Assembly: GCA_963766065.1 (NCBI GenBank) | Contig: CAVYAC010000076.1 | Location: forward strand, 1-41,428 | DNA from: an uncultured Verrucomicrobiae bacterium | GTDB lineage: Bacteria; Verrucomicrobiota; Verrucomicrobiia; Palsa-1439 | Length of the DNA: 41,428 nt | Direction: 5' to 3' | Part shown: positions 10,742-20,716 of the stretch, one piece after another | Layout of the letters: each line of letters opens with the position of its first letter | Position numbering within the stretch: the first letter of the stretch is position 1 | Position numbers and translations under genes: made by a program | Notes under the pieces: generated by a model | Seen by the model: the letters and a program-made list of their open reading frames with translations, nothing else | What the model was told of the DNA's origin: nothing | Database searches by the model: none

Positions 10742-11493
10742 TGCGATCTGTTTCGCAAAGACGGCGGCTCAGGCGCCGGTAGATTTCGACCGCCTGCGGG
10801 TTGCTCACGTCAACCGGCCTGTCGGGGTTTTCCCTCTACCAAGAAACAGGGTTTCCCCCTACAGACAGCCCCGCCTCCGCTACCGAATATACTGCAGAAT
10901 TCGTTCGGAACTAATCGTATCGCGTCGATATGGACTCAGTGCGCTTCGACAAATTTCATTGCGGATCAGGGCTGGTTGTGCTACACAGACCCGTTCGCCA
11001 GTTGTCGGCCGACGGTGACAGGCCCGGGATACGGAAACAGATAGGCTCGTGACGGCACGGCCTGCCGCAGGCTTCTGCCCCACCAGAATGCACACGTGAC
11101 TGATTGAACATCATTGAAAGAGACAGGCGCCAAACACCCCATTCTCGTGACGGGGTCGCCGCGGTCCGGCGCAATCTGGGTGGGAAGGATCGTTGCCGCG
11201 TCACCATCGGTAGGCTACATCACGGTGGAGGGGTGATTGCTCTCGACTCGTGTTTAGGAGACTATAAGCTCGCCGAGTCGGGTGCGTGTCATATGCGTTA
11301 CGATTCCGGTATGTTATTGCTGTGCAGATTGCCCCTTGTTCTCTTGGCCATGATGGTTTTGGGGACTTCGGCCTTTGCGGGCAGTTGTTCGCAGGGTTCT
11401 GTGGTCAATCGACAATTCATTGCACGAGGCACATCGCCCTTGGGTTGGCTGCGGGAGTTCTCTTGCGCAGCCAAAGACCAAAGTAAAGGCCAC

Positions 11494-11641
11494 TTGGCGT
11501 ACCCGTTGGCGTATGTGGATCCTATCCGGACAGATGATTTGGCAACTGCTGGTGGCTGTCTGCGTTGGAGGCTTGTTTTACATCAAACGAGTCCGGAATT
11601 TCCTGGGCAAACTGGTGAAGAAGTGGTTCAAGAAACATTAA
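11494..11641 (+). CDS. Small single-TM protein of AY(L/V)DPG(S/T)G type; frameshift near 11524
   Basis: LAYPLAYVDP / SGQMIWQLLVAVCVGGLFYIKRVRNFLGKLVKKWFKKH split across two frames, directly before the methyltransferase. Confidence 0.55.
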
Positions 11642-11678
11642 CTTTGCATCCGGCTGAATCCTCTCGTTCCCGGAGTTC

Positions 11679-13135
11679 TTGACCATGTTGGCGGTCGCCT
11701 CTTTCAGAGATCCGGGTGGACGTTGTTTTACATGGGGCAATCGGATATTGCGCACCGTGAATTCTTCCGCACTGGCTGAAATCGAGCCCTTCCTGGCGAC
11801 CTCCACGGCGGCCCAGTTGGTGGCCCGGCAACAACTGATTTCCACTCGCCAGTTGAGTGCTGGCGATCTGGATGAGTTGCGGCAGGCCAAGGGTTTTGAC
11901 GAGTTTGTTCCGGAACACGGCATCGGGGCGGTGTTTGAGCATGAGCGTGTGGAATTCCCCAGCTATCCCTACGAGTGGCCCCCCGAGATGCTTTATGCCG
12001 CAGGGATGTTGACCTTGGACCTGGCGCAAGCATGTCTGGCGGACGGTTACTCGCTGAAAGATGCAACGCCCAACAATGTGCTGTTTCGTGGAAGCAAACC
12101 GGTCTTCATTGATGTGCTCTCGTTCGATCGCCGCGCTCCGGGGGACCCGATTTGGAAACCGAACGCGCAGTTTTGCCGGACTTTTTTGCTGCCGCTGCTG
12201 GCGTACAAGTACTGGGGCATCCGGCCTGCGGATGTGTTTGCCAAGCGACGGGATGGTCTTGAGCCGAACGACGTGTACGGTTCTGTGGGCCGCTACGGAA
12301 GTTCCTGCCACCTTTCCTCACGCAGGTTTCCCTGCCGACCTGGCTCTCGCGCAAAGATGGCCAGAGAGCCATCTATCGCGACCACGTCCTCCAGAATCAC
12401 GAGCAGGCACGATTCATCCTGGAATCGTTGTTTAACCGGCTCCGTCGATCACTCCAACGGGCGGAGCCCAAACCGGGCCGACACACCGTCTGGTCGGATT
12501 ACAAAGATTCTTGCAGTTACACCGAGGCGAATTTCGCCGCCAAGGAGCAATTTGTCAGCACCGCGCTGGCCGAGTTCAAACCGGCTCGGGTTCTGGATAT
12601 CGGTTGCAATACCGGTCATTTCAGCGACCTGGCGGCCCGTGCCGGCGCAAAGGTCGTGGCGATTGACAGCGATCTCGCTTGTGTCGGCGCGCTCTGGCGG
12701 CAGGCGTGGGATCAAAACCGGAATGTACTTCCACTGGTCGTGGACTTGTGTCGTCCGAGCGCGGCCGAAGGCTGGCGCAATCGGGAATGCGCCAGCTTCC
12801 TGGAACGGGCCACAGGCGCGTTCGATACGGTGTTGATGCTGGCTGTGTTGCACCACTTGCTGGTGACGGAACGCATTCCGCTGGACGAGGTGTTGGATCT
12901 GGCGGCGGAATTGACCACCGACTTGTTGATCATCGAATTTATCCCGACGGACGATGAGATGTTTCAAACCATCGCCCGCGGACGTGAGCATCTTCATGCC
13001 GATCTTACCCGGGCCAATTTCGAGGCGGCATGCCGGAGGCGGTTTCAGATTATTCGCTCCCAACAACTCGATGGCGCTCGCCGCCAGTTGTACCTCCTGC
13101 GAAAAACGAGCCGAAGGGAGGCAACGGCCGGTTGA
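11679..13135 (+). CDS. NoeA-like class I SAM-dependent methyltransferase; frameshift near 12285
   Basis: SFRDPGG, FPSYPYEW, LKDATPNNV, FIDVLSF in the first frame; VLDIGCNTGHFS, LAVLHHL, IEFIPTDD in the second frame. Confidence 0.85.
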
Positions 13136-13211
13136 AGACGAGGGTGCGCCATGGGTGCTCCAATCGACTGGAACGCCTCAACGTCGACACTTCCGACGAC
13201 CGGATCAATTA

Positions 13212-14760
13212 ATGAATGAGTCAATCGAAAAGCGGTTGAAATCGGTGTTGGACGCTTTACTGGCGTTTTCGCTGGTAAACCTGTGTTTTATCCGAACGCG
13301 ATGGGCGTTGTTCTTCGACAAGGACTTTCGCTATTACAAACACAATTCGCTGACGAAAGAGACTCTCCTGGCGCTCGGGCTAAACCTGATTGTGTTTGGG
13401 CTCATTGGTTGGCGGTTGATTCGTTGGGTCAGGCGGGCCGACTCCCGCAACCTCTACCGCGCCGCTTGTGTGATCGTTTGTGCGCTGCTGGCAATTCCGC
13501 TCGATTTCCTGCGGATCGCGTTATTTCAAATTCCGGCCGGCAAACTAATGATTTTGGCTAAAAGCCCTTTCTTCATTGGCGGCGGCATGGTTGTGTTGTT
13601 CGTGTTTTGGCGTTGGCCCAGGATCACTGCGCGCGTATTGGCTGCGGGTCTGATGGTCTGCGCCCCGATGGCCGTTCTGACGTTTGGGAAAATTGGCTAT
13701 TATCTTCTGAACCCCCCTCCTAGAATCCATGCTCGGTTGCCGTCATTATTTCCGACACCCCTGCCATCGGTGCAACCGCGGGTCGTCTGGATTATCTTCG
13801 ACGAATTGGACCAGCGGTTGGCGTTTTCCAGACCGGCAGAAGGACACGCAACTTCCCGAGCTTGATCGCGTGTGCGCCGAGAGCCTGCAGGCGACGAATG
13901 CGTTTCCGCCGGGGGTGAACACGCTAATCTCACTGCCCGCGTTGACCACGGGGCGGTATGTCATCTCGGCGAAGCCGGCTGCCAGAGATGAGTTGAACAT
14001 CACCTATGCGAACGCCAGCACTCCCGTCGGGTGGAGCACGCAACCGACGGTTTTCGCCCGGGCTCGTGACCTCGGTTTTAACACCGCACTGGTGGGTTGG
14101 TACCATCCCTACACCCGTCTCTTTGCGTCCTATCTGAACTACTCCAAGTGGTATCCTTTTCCGCTTTACCAGCCCGTCCGGGACGAAACGGTTTTGCGCT
14201 GCATGCTCTCCCAGATTTGGTCACTGGCATGGCCCTTGCAGCAGCGACGGTTGCAGATCGATTTCTACCAGAAGTCGCTTGAGAACTCGCGCGACCTCGT
14301 GGGAGACGGCCAGTATGGGCTGGTTTTTCTTCATTTGCCGGGAGCGCACTTCCCGGGTATTTATTATCCCGCTCGGGGGACGTTCACGCTGACGAGCTTC
14401 TCACATGTCCGGGGTTATTTTCAAAACTTGCAGTTGACTGACAAGACCATGGGGATCCTCCGCCGTGACATGGAACAAGCCGGCCAGTGGGACCGCTCCT
14501 GGGTCATCATCAGTTCCGACCATTGGTGGCGCGAGGCCCGGAGTTATGATGGCCAACTCGATTATCGTGTGCCCTTCATCCTGAAAGCGCCGGGAAAGAA
14601 TCCGCCGACGATCTACGGGGCGCCTCTCAATACCGTGATCTCGCAAGATCTGGTCCTGGCCATCCTGCGGAAGGAAATCTCGACAACTCCGGAGGCTGTC
14701 GCCTGGCTGGACACACACCCGGCCCCGCCGCCAAGTTACACAGTCATGATGCTGAGATGA
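13212..14760 (+). CDS. Membrane-anchored sulfatase/alkaline-phosphatase-superfamily protein; frameshift near 13830
   Basis: About 5 TM segments, then WIIFDELD, TLISLPAL, VFLHLPGAHFP, IISSDHW. Confidence 0.8.
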
Positions 14761-14940
14761 CGAACGGCCCAGCCATGGTGCCGCCTGCACCACACCGCCG
14801 CGCCGCTCATCACGAAAATCCCGAGGCTCTTCAGTGAGGATCGCGCCAGGGAGACACGACTTCCTTCGCATGGCCATCCTCGTCCAAGCCGTCCGCTCCG
14901 GAACCAATTCAACCTGTGTGCTCCGTCACCCGGATACAAA

Positions 14941-15063
14941 ACGACGGCAGACGGGGCGCCTGCCCTACAGTTCCGAGAGGATCGACGGGGGTCGTGTAGT
15001 CGCCGTTAGTGGCGCGGTGAGCCACCGCGCCTTACCACGGCAAGCGGTGCAGTTGTCCCACGA
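14941..15063. repeat. REP-like hairpins between convergent genes
   Basis: ACGACGGCAGACGGGGCGCCTGCCCTACA resembles 2082-2110; also GGCGCGGT-GAGCC-ACCGCGCC. Confidence 0.55.
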
Positions 15064-15082
15064 TCCGTCCTTGAGACGCGCG

Positions 15083-16096
15083 TTACTCCGCCAGCCACCG
15101 GGCGGCTTGTTGGGCCCAGTAGGTGAGGATGATGTCGGCGCCGGCGCGGCGGAAACCGGTGAGCATTTCGAGGACGACCTGTTTTTCGTCGAGCCAGCCG
15201 TTTTGCGCGGCGGCCTTGACCATCGCGTATTCGCCGCTGACGTTGTAGCAGGCGACGGGATAGCGGAACTTCTCTTTCACGCGCCAGATCAGGTCCTGAT
15301 AACCGAGCGCGGGTTTGACCATCACGATGTCCGCCCCCTCCTCGATGTCGAGGGCGACCTCGCGCAGGGCTTCGTCAGCGTTGGCGCAATCCATCTGGTA
15401 GGTGCGCCGGTCACCGAACTGCGGCGGCGATTCGGCTGCTTCGCGGAACGGGCCGTAGTAGGCTGAGGCGAATTTCGCCGCGTAGCTCATGATCGGCGTG
15501 TCGGAAAAACCGGTCTCGTCGAGGGCAGCGCGGATGGCGGCAACGCGTCCATCCATCATGTCGCTCGGGGCCACGATGTCGGCGCCGGCCTCGGCGTAGG
15601 CCAGCGCGGATTTCGCGAGGAGATCCAACGAAGCGTCGTTGTCAATCATGTAATCGCAGGCAGGGATGCCCGCGCCACCAGATTTTGAGGGCTTGCGAAC
15701 GATGCCGCAGTGGCCGTGGCTCATGTATTCGCAGAGGCACACATCGCAGATGACGATGAGTTCGGGCAACTCCTTTTTCAGGGCGCGAACGGCTTTCGGC
15801 ACGATGCCGGTTGGCGCGTAGGCCCCGCTCGCCTTCTCGTCTTTTTTGTCGGGGATGCCGAACAGGATCACGGCGGGCACGCCGAGCTTTGCCGTCCGCC
15901 CGGCTTCTTTCACGAGTTCGTCCACGGACAGCTGGAATTGTCCGGGCATGGAACTGATGGGTTTCCGAAGGCGCGTGCCTTCACGGACGAACAACGGCAT
16001 CACCAAGTCGCTGACGGACAACTCGGTTTCGCGGACGAGCGCGCGGAGTTTTGCGGTTTGGCGGAGCCGGCGCGGGCGATAGATCGGGAAGCGCAT
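15083..16096 (-). CDS. hemB: Porphobilinogen synthase (delta-aminolevulinate dehydratase)
   Basis: [54 protein letters not shown]. Confidence 0.97.
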   Translation of the reverse strand: MRFPIYRPRRLRQTAKLRALVRETELSVSDLVMPLFVREGTRLRKPISSMPGQFQLSVDELVKEAGRTAKLGVPAVILFGIPDKKDEKASGAYAPTGIVPKAVRALKKELPELIVICDVCLCEYMSHGHCGIVRKPSKSGGAGIPACDYMIDNDASLDLLAKSALAYAEAGADIVAPSDMMDGRVAAIRAALDETGFSDTPIMSYAAKFASAYYGPFREAAESPPQFGDRRTYQMDCANADEALREVALDIEEGADIVMVKPALGYQDLIWRVKEKFRYPVACYNVSGEYAMVKAAAQNGWLDEKQVVLEMLTGFRRAGADIILTYWAQQAARWLAE

Positions 16097-16099
16097 GGC

Positions 16100-16793
16100 T
16101 CAGGCCCCGGGGATGGTCGGTTCGACCTCGTTGATCAGCGCGATGATGTCGTCGGGTTGTTGCGCCGTCATGAGCCGCGCGCGGAAGCCGGTGTTATTGA
16201 CCAGCCGGGACAGGCGCGAGAGCAGTCGCAGGTGCTGGCGCACATTCGGGGCGCAGAGCAGGAAGAAATGGTACACGGGTTTGCCGTCGAGCGCGCCGAA
16301 GTCGACGCCCTTGTTGTCCGGCCATAGGCGAGCACGGGGTTGTTAACGAGGCCGATGAGGGCGTTGCGCGCGTGGGGGATGGCCACGCCTTCGCTGACAC
16401 AGGTGGGGCACAGGTCTTCGCGGGACTTAAGCGCCTGGAAGAGCGTCTCGAAGAGGCGTTCCTCGCGCGGGTCGATCACGAGCGCGCACAACTCGCGCAG
16501 CACGCCGTCTTTGTCGGGCGCGGCGAGATTGAGGTTGATGTGCCCGGGTTGATGACACTGGCCACGGTCAGGGGTTGCCGGATGCCGGTGGATTCGGGCG
16601 GCAACTGCTGTTGGTCGACCGGGACGCTATTGGGATCGGCGAGCCAGGAGTTGACCAGGTTGCGCTGGAAGCGCCACTGGCGGGCGAGTTTTTGCGCCGG
16701 GATGCGGCCTTCCTGCGCCATGCGGCTGACGGTTTTTTCGCTCAGCTTGAGGTACTCGGCGACCTCGCGGAGCGTCATGATTTCACTTTCCAT
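16100..16793 (-). CDS. Excisionase-like HTH fused to a PTS IIA (PtsN-like) domain; two frameshifts
   Basis: IMTLREVAEYLKLSEKTVSRMAQEGRIPAQKLARQWRF, then REDLCPT..EGVAIPHAR, then GVDFGALDGKPVYHFFLLCAP in successive frames. Confidence 0.85.
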
Positions 16794-17050
16794 AAATGGG
16801 ATCGATTTCCTTGGGGAAGATAGTACGGCGGCGATGACGGTTGCGCAAGCGGTGAAACGGGCGGGTGGTGTCTTAATTTGCGGACTCCCGGCCAACGCGA
16901 CGATCAGAACACGGTGGCGGGCCCAGTCACCGGCCTCGCTTCGTCTTCATGGTGTCCCGCCTAACTGCGTTGTCTAAGTTTGTCTTGATTACAAGGGCTG
17001 GAGTATCACACAATTCCAAGCACGAGTCCGGTCAGAGAAGTGGAGGAAGC

Positions 17051-17170
17051 ATGAGTAACGCAGGTACGATCTGGGCGTTCGACCTGGGCAAAGGTTCCAT
17101 CGGCGAGGCCGTTCGACAGGGATCGAAGTTTCTGCACAAAGCGTCTTTGCTGATTCCGGCAGACTTCGCG
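17051..17170 (+). pseudogene. 40-codon N-terminal stub (RuvC-I) of a Cas9-like nuclease
   Basis: GGAGG RBS, then MSNAGTIWAFDLGKGSIGEAVRQGSKFLHKASLLIPADFA, which fits the Cas9 RuvC-I pattern (hxhDhGxxShGxAV); resemblance stops where the antisense structured RNA begins, before any bridge helix. Confidence 0.65.
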
Positions 17171-17172
17171 GG

Positions 17173-17368
17173 AAAAAATGGGGGGCTAAGGCTTGCGCCC
17201 GCCCCTGTGCAAGAGTTGCGGATTAGGAGCCGGTTTGGTCTCGTTGCCGACCGGCTGAAAAAAAGTGGGGCTGCGAAAGCCCCGTTTGGAAGTCATCGTC
17301 CCGCCTTGCGACGGAAGCGGCTCGGCTCTTCCCAACCTATCGTGGCCGCTCGACTGGTTTTGATCCGC
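17173..17368 (-). ncRNA. Candidate tracrRNA (short form ends ~17258, long form ~17173)
   Basis: 5' GCGGAUCAAAAC is complementary to the repeat end GUUUUGAUC(U)CGC; three GCAA-tetraloop hairpins on this strand; two hairpin+U-run terminators; promoter immediately upstream. Confidence 0.7.
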
Positions 17369-17372
17369 GACT

Positions 17373-17401
17373 TTTGTACCGCTGACCACTAGCCGAGTCA
17401 A
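17373..17401 (-). promoter_or_regulatory. Sigma70-like promoter for the tracrRNA candidate
   Basis: Minus strand TTGACT (17396-17401)-N17-TACAAA (17373-17378); predicted start falls on the anti-repeat. Confidence 0.6.
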
Positions 17402-17405
17402 CATC

Positions 17406-19392
17406 ATGAATGAATATATTCTCCGAGAGCCAGACATGAAGCTTCAATCTGACGAATGGTTGAAGCATGACTTCTATCGCAACGCAGTGGTGCTTGGCAT
17501 TGATATTGGGCTGGAAGGCATCGGGCTTTACTTGCGACGCGGGCCAGAAGAAGTTTTTGCACGCTCAGTCATTCTGGAGTTGCCGGAGGCTGAAGCATTG
17601 GCCGGTCGGCGGCAGAAGCGAGCGTGGCGACATTGCCGAAAGAATCGTAAACGCCGCCTGCATAGGCTCAAACTCCTGTTCGTGAAACATGGGTTGCCGT
17701 GGTTGGATGCGGAACGCATGAGCAAGGCGCATCCATTTCGAGAGCGCTACCGCGCCATCAATAACGGGGTGGCGTCGAAGGAAGCGCTGAGTATCTGCAT
17801 CCGGCATTGCGTGGTGCATCGCGGTTACGATTATGGCGGCACAGAAGAAGGTGCGTTCCCGTGGGGCGAGTCTCCGATGCTGAGCAAGGCCACTGAATGG
17901 CTTTCTACCGCGTATGTCACCCCAGACCTAAAGGGAAAACTGGAGGAAATCGCGCAAGAGTTGCAGGCCGGCAGGAATGAAGCCGAGCAGCGTGAGCGCT
18001 TCGCCTATCTGCTACGCGAGCGACTGGAGTGGTCCGGCAAGAACGACATTGCCCGTGTCCTCCAAGACCACAACAAGGGCGGACACGACAACCTGCGCAT
18101 CCGGGCGCGGGGATACAATTTTCCCCGTCAAAAGATTTGGGAGCACTTGGAAACGATTGTCCGTCGTCACGCGCACTTGATTGACAACGTGGAAGGATTT
18201 CTTGCCGTTCTTGGTCTCAACCCCAACGAGGCAGCCAACGTCAAGGATGCTGCGAAGGCCAAGCAACGCGCGATCTTGTTCTACAATCGCAAGACGCGAT
18301 TCGACATGGAGCGGCATTGGGTCAAGAAGGTGAACCCCTGTCCCTTCGCGGCCAAACTCGGCGGTAAACCTGACGAACGCTGCGCGGAGAACGGCGACGT
18401 TCTTGTCCGCCGTTGGAAGGCGCTGGAATTCGCCGCCACGCGGCGTGTCGAGGTTGATCTGACCGAGGGCAAAGGCGAAGCGAAAAAGAAGCGCCGGTTC
18501 TTACACTCGCTCAGCACCGACGCCACTCGGAGGCTGGTCGAGTTCGTCCAAAAACATCACGAAGCAACCAGCCTCGCGGTTGCGCCGAAATGGGACGAAG
18601 GCAAAGCTGTGATCTTGGATGACATCACCGCTGCCTGTGGAGAAAAAGCGAAGCCGGTTCCAGAAACAAAATCGGAATGGAACAAGAGCTACTTCGCGCA
18701 ACTGAAAGACCTCCTCGTTCCGACCATCGCCAACCGGAAGAAACGCGCCTCGCTTTCCGCCGTGTCTGCCGGACGGTTGTTCAACATCGCCGCCGCCGAT
18801 GGCACAGATTTCAGCGCGGAGCAGATCATCGGCCGATTACGAGAAGCCGGCTTCTACGATTGGCGGCGCAACGCATCCATTGACTTCAATCCCTTTCCGC
18901 AAATTGAGTTACTGCTTGGTCGTCACATCAAGCGCGGAAAGAGACGCGGCGACCTTTCCGCGACCTGTCAGGGATTACTTCGCAGAGTTTTCACGACACA
19001 CCGGGAAGCATTAGGCGGAGCAGCGGCACCGGATTACTGCATCATCGAGGTCATCGGCGATCCACCCCGCAACGCGCTTCAACGCGCTGAGCGCGAAAAA
19101 GAAATGAAGGAACGGCGCGACAAGCGGGACAAACTCTTTGAGCAATTTGAGCTAGAGGATACCGGCGTGACTTCGCGGCGGCGACGGGTGACCTTGTGGG
19201 ATCAGCAACGGGGTAATGGTACGCTTTGGCGGTGAGGTATTGACCCGCACAATTCAAACCCCGGACGATCTCGCATTCCTTCTCAAGCTGCCACTGGCCG
19301 CCGAGGAAGCCAAGAAGCGTAGTTGGCGCATCCCCACGCCACCGCCAGCCGTCGCACCACCGACAAAGAACACTGGCGCAAGTCTATTGTAG
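17406..19392 (+). CDS. cas9: Cas9-like protein lacking HNH and RuvC-III (ORF stops at 19235; a 58-aa tail continues in another frame to 19392); may be a pseudogene
   Basis: RuvC-I VVLGIDIGLEGIG; Arg-rich bridge helix RRQKRAWRHCRKNRKRRLHRLK; REC motifs HRGYDY, FPRQKI, PCPF; RuvC-II CIIEV; HNH entry LWDQQRG; directly upstream of cas1-cas2-array. Start could be ATG 17436. Confidence 0.85.
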
Positions 19393-19403
19393 GAGCGGGT
19401 TGA

Positions 19404-20300
19404 TTGATCAACCACCTCATCCTGCTGACGGAAGAACAGCAGCTTCACGTCGCGGACGGCAAGCTGATTTCCGGCAACCGAAAAATCGCCATCGAAACGC
19501 TTGGCAGCGTGCAATGCCTCTCCGCCGCGAGCCAATGGTCACAGACCTCCTTGGAATTGCTCGCCACGCAGTGCCCGGTGGTTTTGGCTCGCTGGGACAA
19601 GCAGCAGAAGAAGTGGCGGACATTCTCCCTCACGCCAAAGGCGCGGTATGTGAACCCCACTGCGCTATGGAAGCTTTGTCGTCTCTCGCCGCAACGCGCC
19701 ACGCAACTGGCCAGTGGACTGCTTTGGACAAAGGTTTGCAACCAACACCAGATGCTACATACGTTTGATCCGCGATTGACTGACAAACCGCAGCTCAAAG
19801 AGAATTCGTTTAACCGCATCCTGCGCCTCGAAGCCAGTTACGCCCGGTTTTTCTGGCCGCGTTACTTCTCAGCCCTGGCGAGCGACCTTTTCGAGCGCGA
19901 GCACCGCAAGCCGGCGCATCCAATCAACGTCGCGCTCAACTACGGCTACGGTTTTCTTTACCACGCCATCGAATGGCAGTGTCTCGCCTCGGGCCTTGAT
20001 CCAACCGTCGGCATCATTCACAAACTACGTCGTAACCGGCCAAGCCTCGCCTGTGACTTGATTGAACCGCTGCGTTGCACAGTGGAATTGACCGTGGTTC
20101 GTCACTTGGACGATCTGCAAGAACCCAAACAGCTCGCAGGGCACTTTGCTGAAATGCTGGAATCTCCACTCTCCTATCGTGAGAACGAGTTTAAGCTGCG
20201 CTCCATCATCCGGCTGATGGTGGAATCATTCGTGCGCTCGCTTGATGGCAAAGAACCCTTCCATCCCTTTATTCTTCATGCTCGTGATGCTTGCATATGA
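19404..20300 (+). CDS. cas1: CRISPR-associated endonuclease Cas1
   Basis: LEASYARFFW, PINVALNYGYGFLY, GLDPTVGIIH, SLACDLIEPLR; AGGAG RBS at 19391-19395 before TTG. Confidence 0.93.
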   Translation: MINHLILLTEEQQLHVADGKLISGNRKIAIETLGSVQCLSAASQWSQTSLELLATQCPVVLARWDKQQKKWRTFSLTPKARYVNPTALWKLCRLSPQRATQLASGLLWTKVCNQHQMLHTFDPRLTDKPQLKENSFNRILRLEASYARFFWPRYFSALASDLFEREHRKPAHPINVALNYGYGFLYHAIEWQCLASGLDPTVGIIHKLRRNRPSLACDLIEPLRCTVELTVVRHLDDLQEPKQLAGHFAEMLESPLSYRENEFKLRSIIRLMVESFVRSLDGKEPFHPFILHARDACI

Positions 20301-20575
20301 TACGCCGGAGCAGAAGGATCAAACCTTCCTACGCAAGGAATTCGAGCGCGTCGGCGGCACGCGCGTGCAATACAGCAATCTATCTGTTCAAAGGCGAACC
20401 CCACGAATGCGAACGGGTCATTCGTTACATGGAGCGAGTTGCCAGAGGCATTCCCGGCGACATCCGCCTGTTTCCGATGGAGGAATCCACTTGGGACGCG
20501 CAAATCGTAATCACGGAGTGCATCGAAAGCACCCGCCGAGTGGCGGAATTAGGCGAATTCGTGAAGGTGTGGTAG
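20278..20575 (+). CDS. cas2: CRISPR-associated Cas2; one extra base near 20377
   Basis: MLVMLAYDTP...GGTRVQYS / IYLFKGEPHECERV...GDIRLFPM: AYD and VQYS motifs, ~98 aa once the frame is restored, overlaps the cas1 end. Confidence 0.85.
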
Positions 20576-20576
20576 T

Positions 20577-20605
20577 CCGAACCCGCTCTGTTCAAGCGGG
20601 TTCGG
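20577..20605. terminator. Perfect 11-bp hairpin between cas2 and the array
   Basis: CCGAACCCGCT-CTGTTCA-AGCGGGTTCGG; no U-run, so function is uncertain. Confidence 0.5.
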
Positions 20606-20612
20606 CGCGACT

Positions 20613-20716
20613 GATACCACATTGCCCCGTGGGGAGCGAGATCAAAACGCAGACGATCAACCAAACAACGGCGGTGAACCGATACCACATTGCCCCGTGG
20701 GGAGCGAGATCAAAAC
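20613..20716 (-). CRISPR. Mini CRISPR array: two identical 36-bp repeats and one 32-bp spacer (possible second spacer plus degenerate repeat to 20768)
   Basis: GATACCACATTGCCCCGTGGGGAGCGAGATCAAAAC at 20613-20648 and 20681-20716; reverse complement starts GTTTTG as in type II repeats; strand inferred from tracr pairing. Confidence 0.88.

Noticed and set aside
11104..11682. 192-aa ORF
   Set aside because: Overlaps a promoter-like repeat and the small AYVDP gene; no coherent family signal
16620..16793. Excisionase of a mobile element carrying the CRISPR locus
   Set aside because: The HTH is the N-terminal domain of the PTS-IIA regulator in an operon with hemB; no integrase or att sites were seen around the cas genes
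16949..17392. 147-aa ORF as an intact accessory Cas protein
   Set aside because: Only codons 17051-17170 look protein-like; the rest reads through the antisense structured RNA
17406..19235. IscB, IsrB or TnpB/Cas12 identity for the effector
   Set aside because: No PLMP N-terminus, a large REC insertion between bridge helix and RuvC-II, and N-terminal RuvC-I with cas1-cas2 linkage all fit Cas9
19236..19403. Missing HNH/RuvC-III hidden by a frameshift
   Set aside because: Only 168 bp are available and the continuing frame shows no HNH or RuvC-III motif
20649..20680. Self-targeting of the spacer within the window
   Set aside because: Best matches noticed by eye are only 9-10 nt (e.g. CCAAACAACG at 29181), which is chance level
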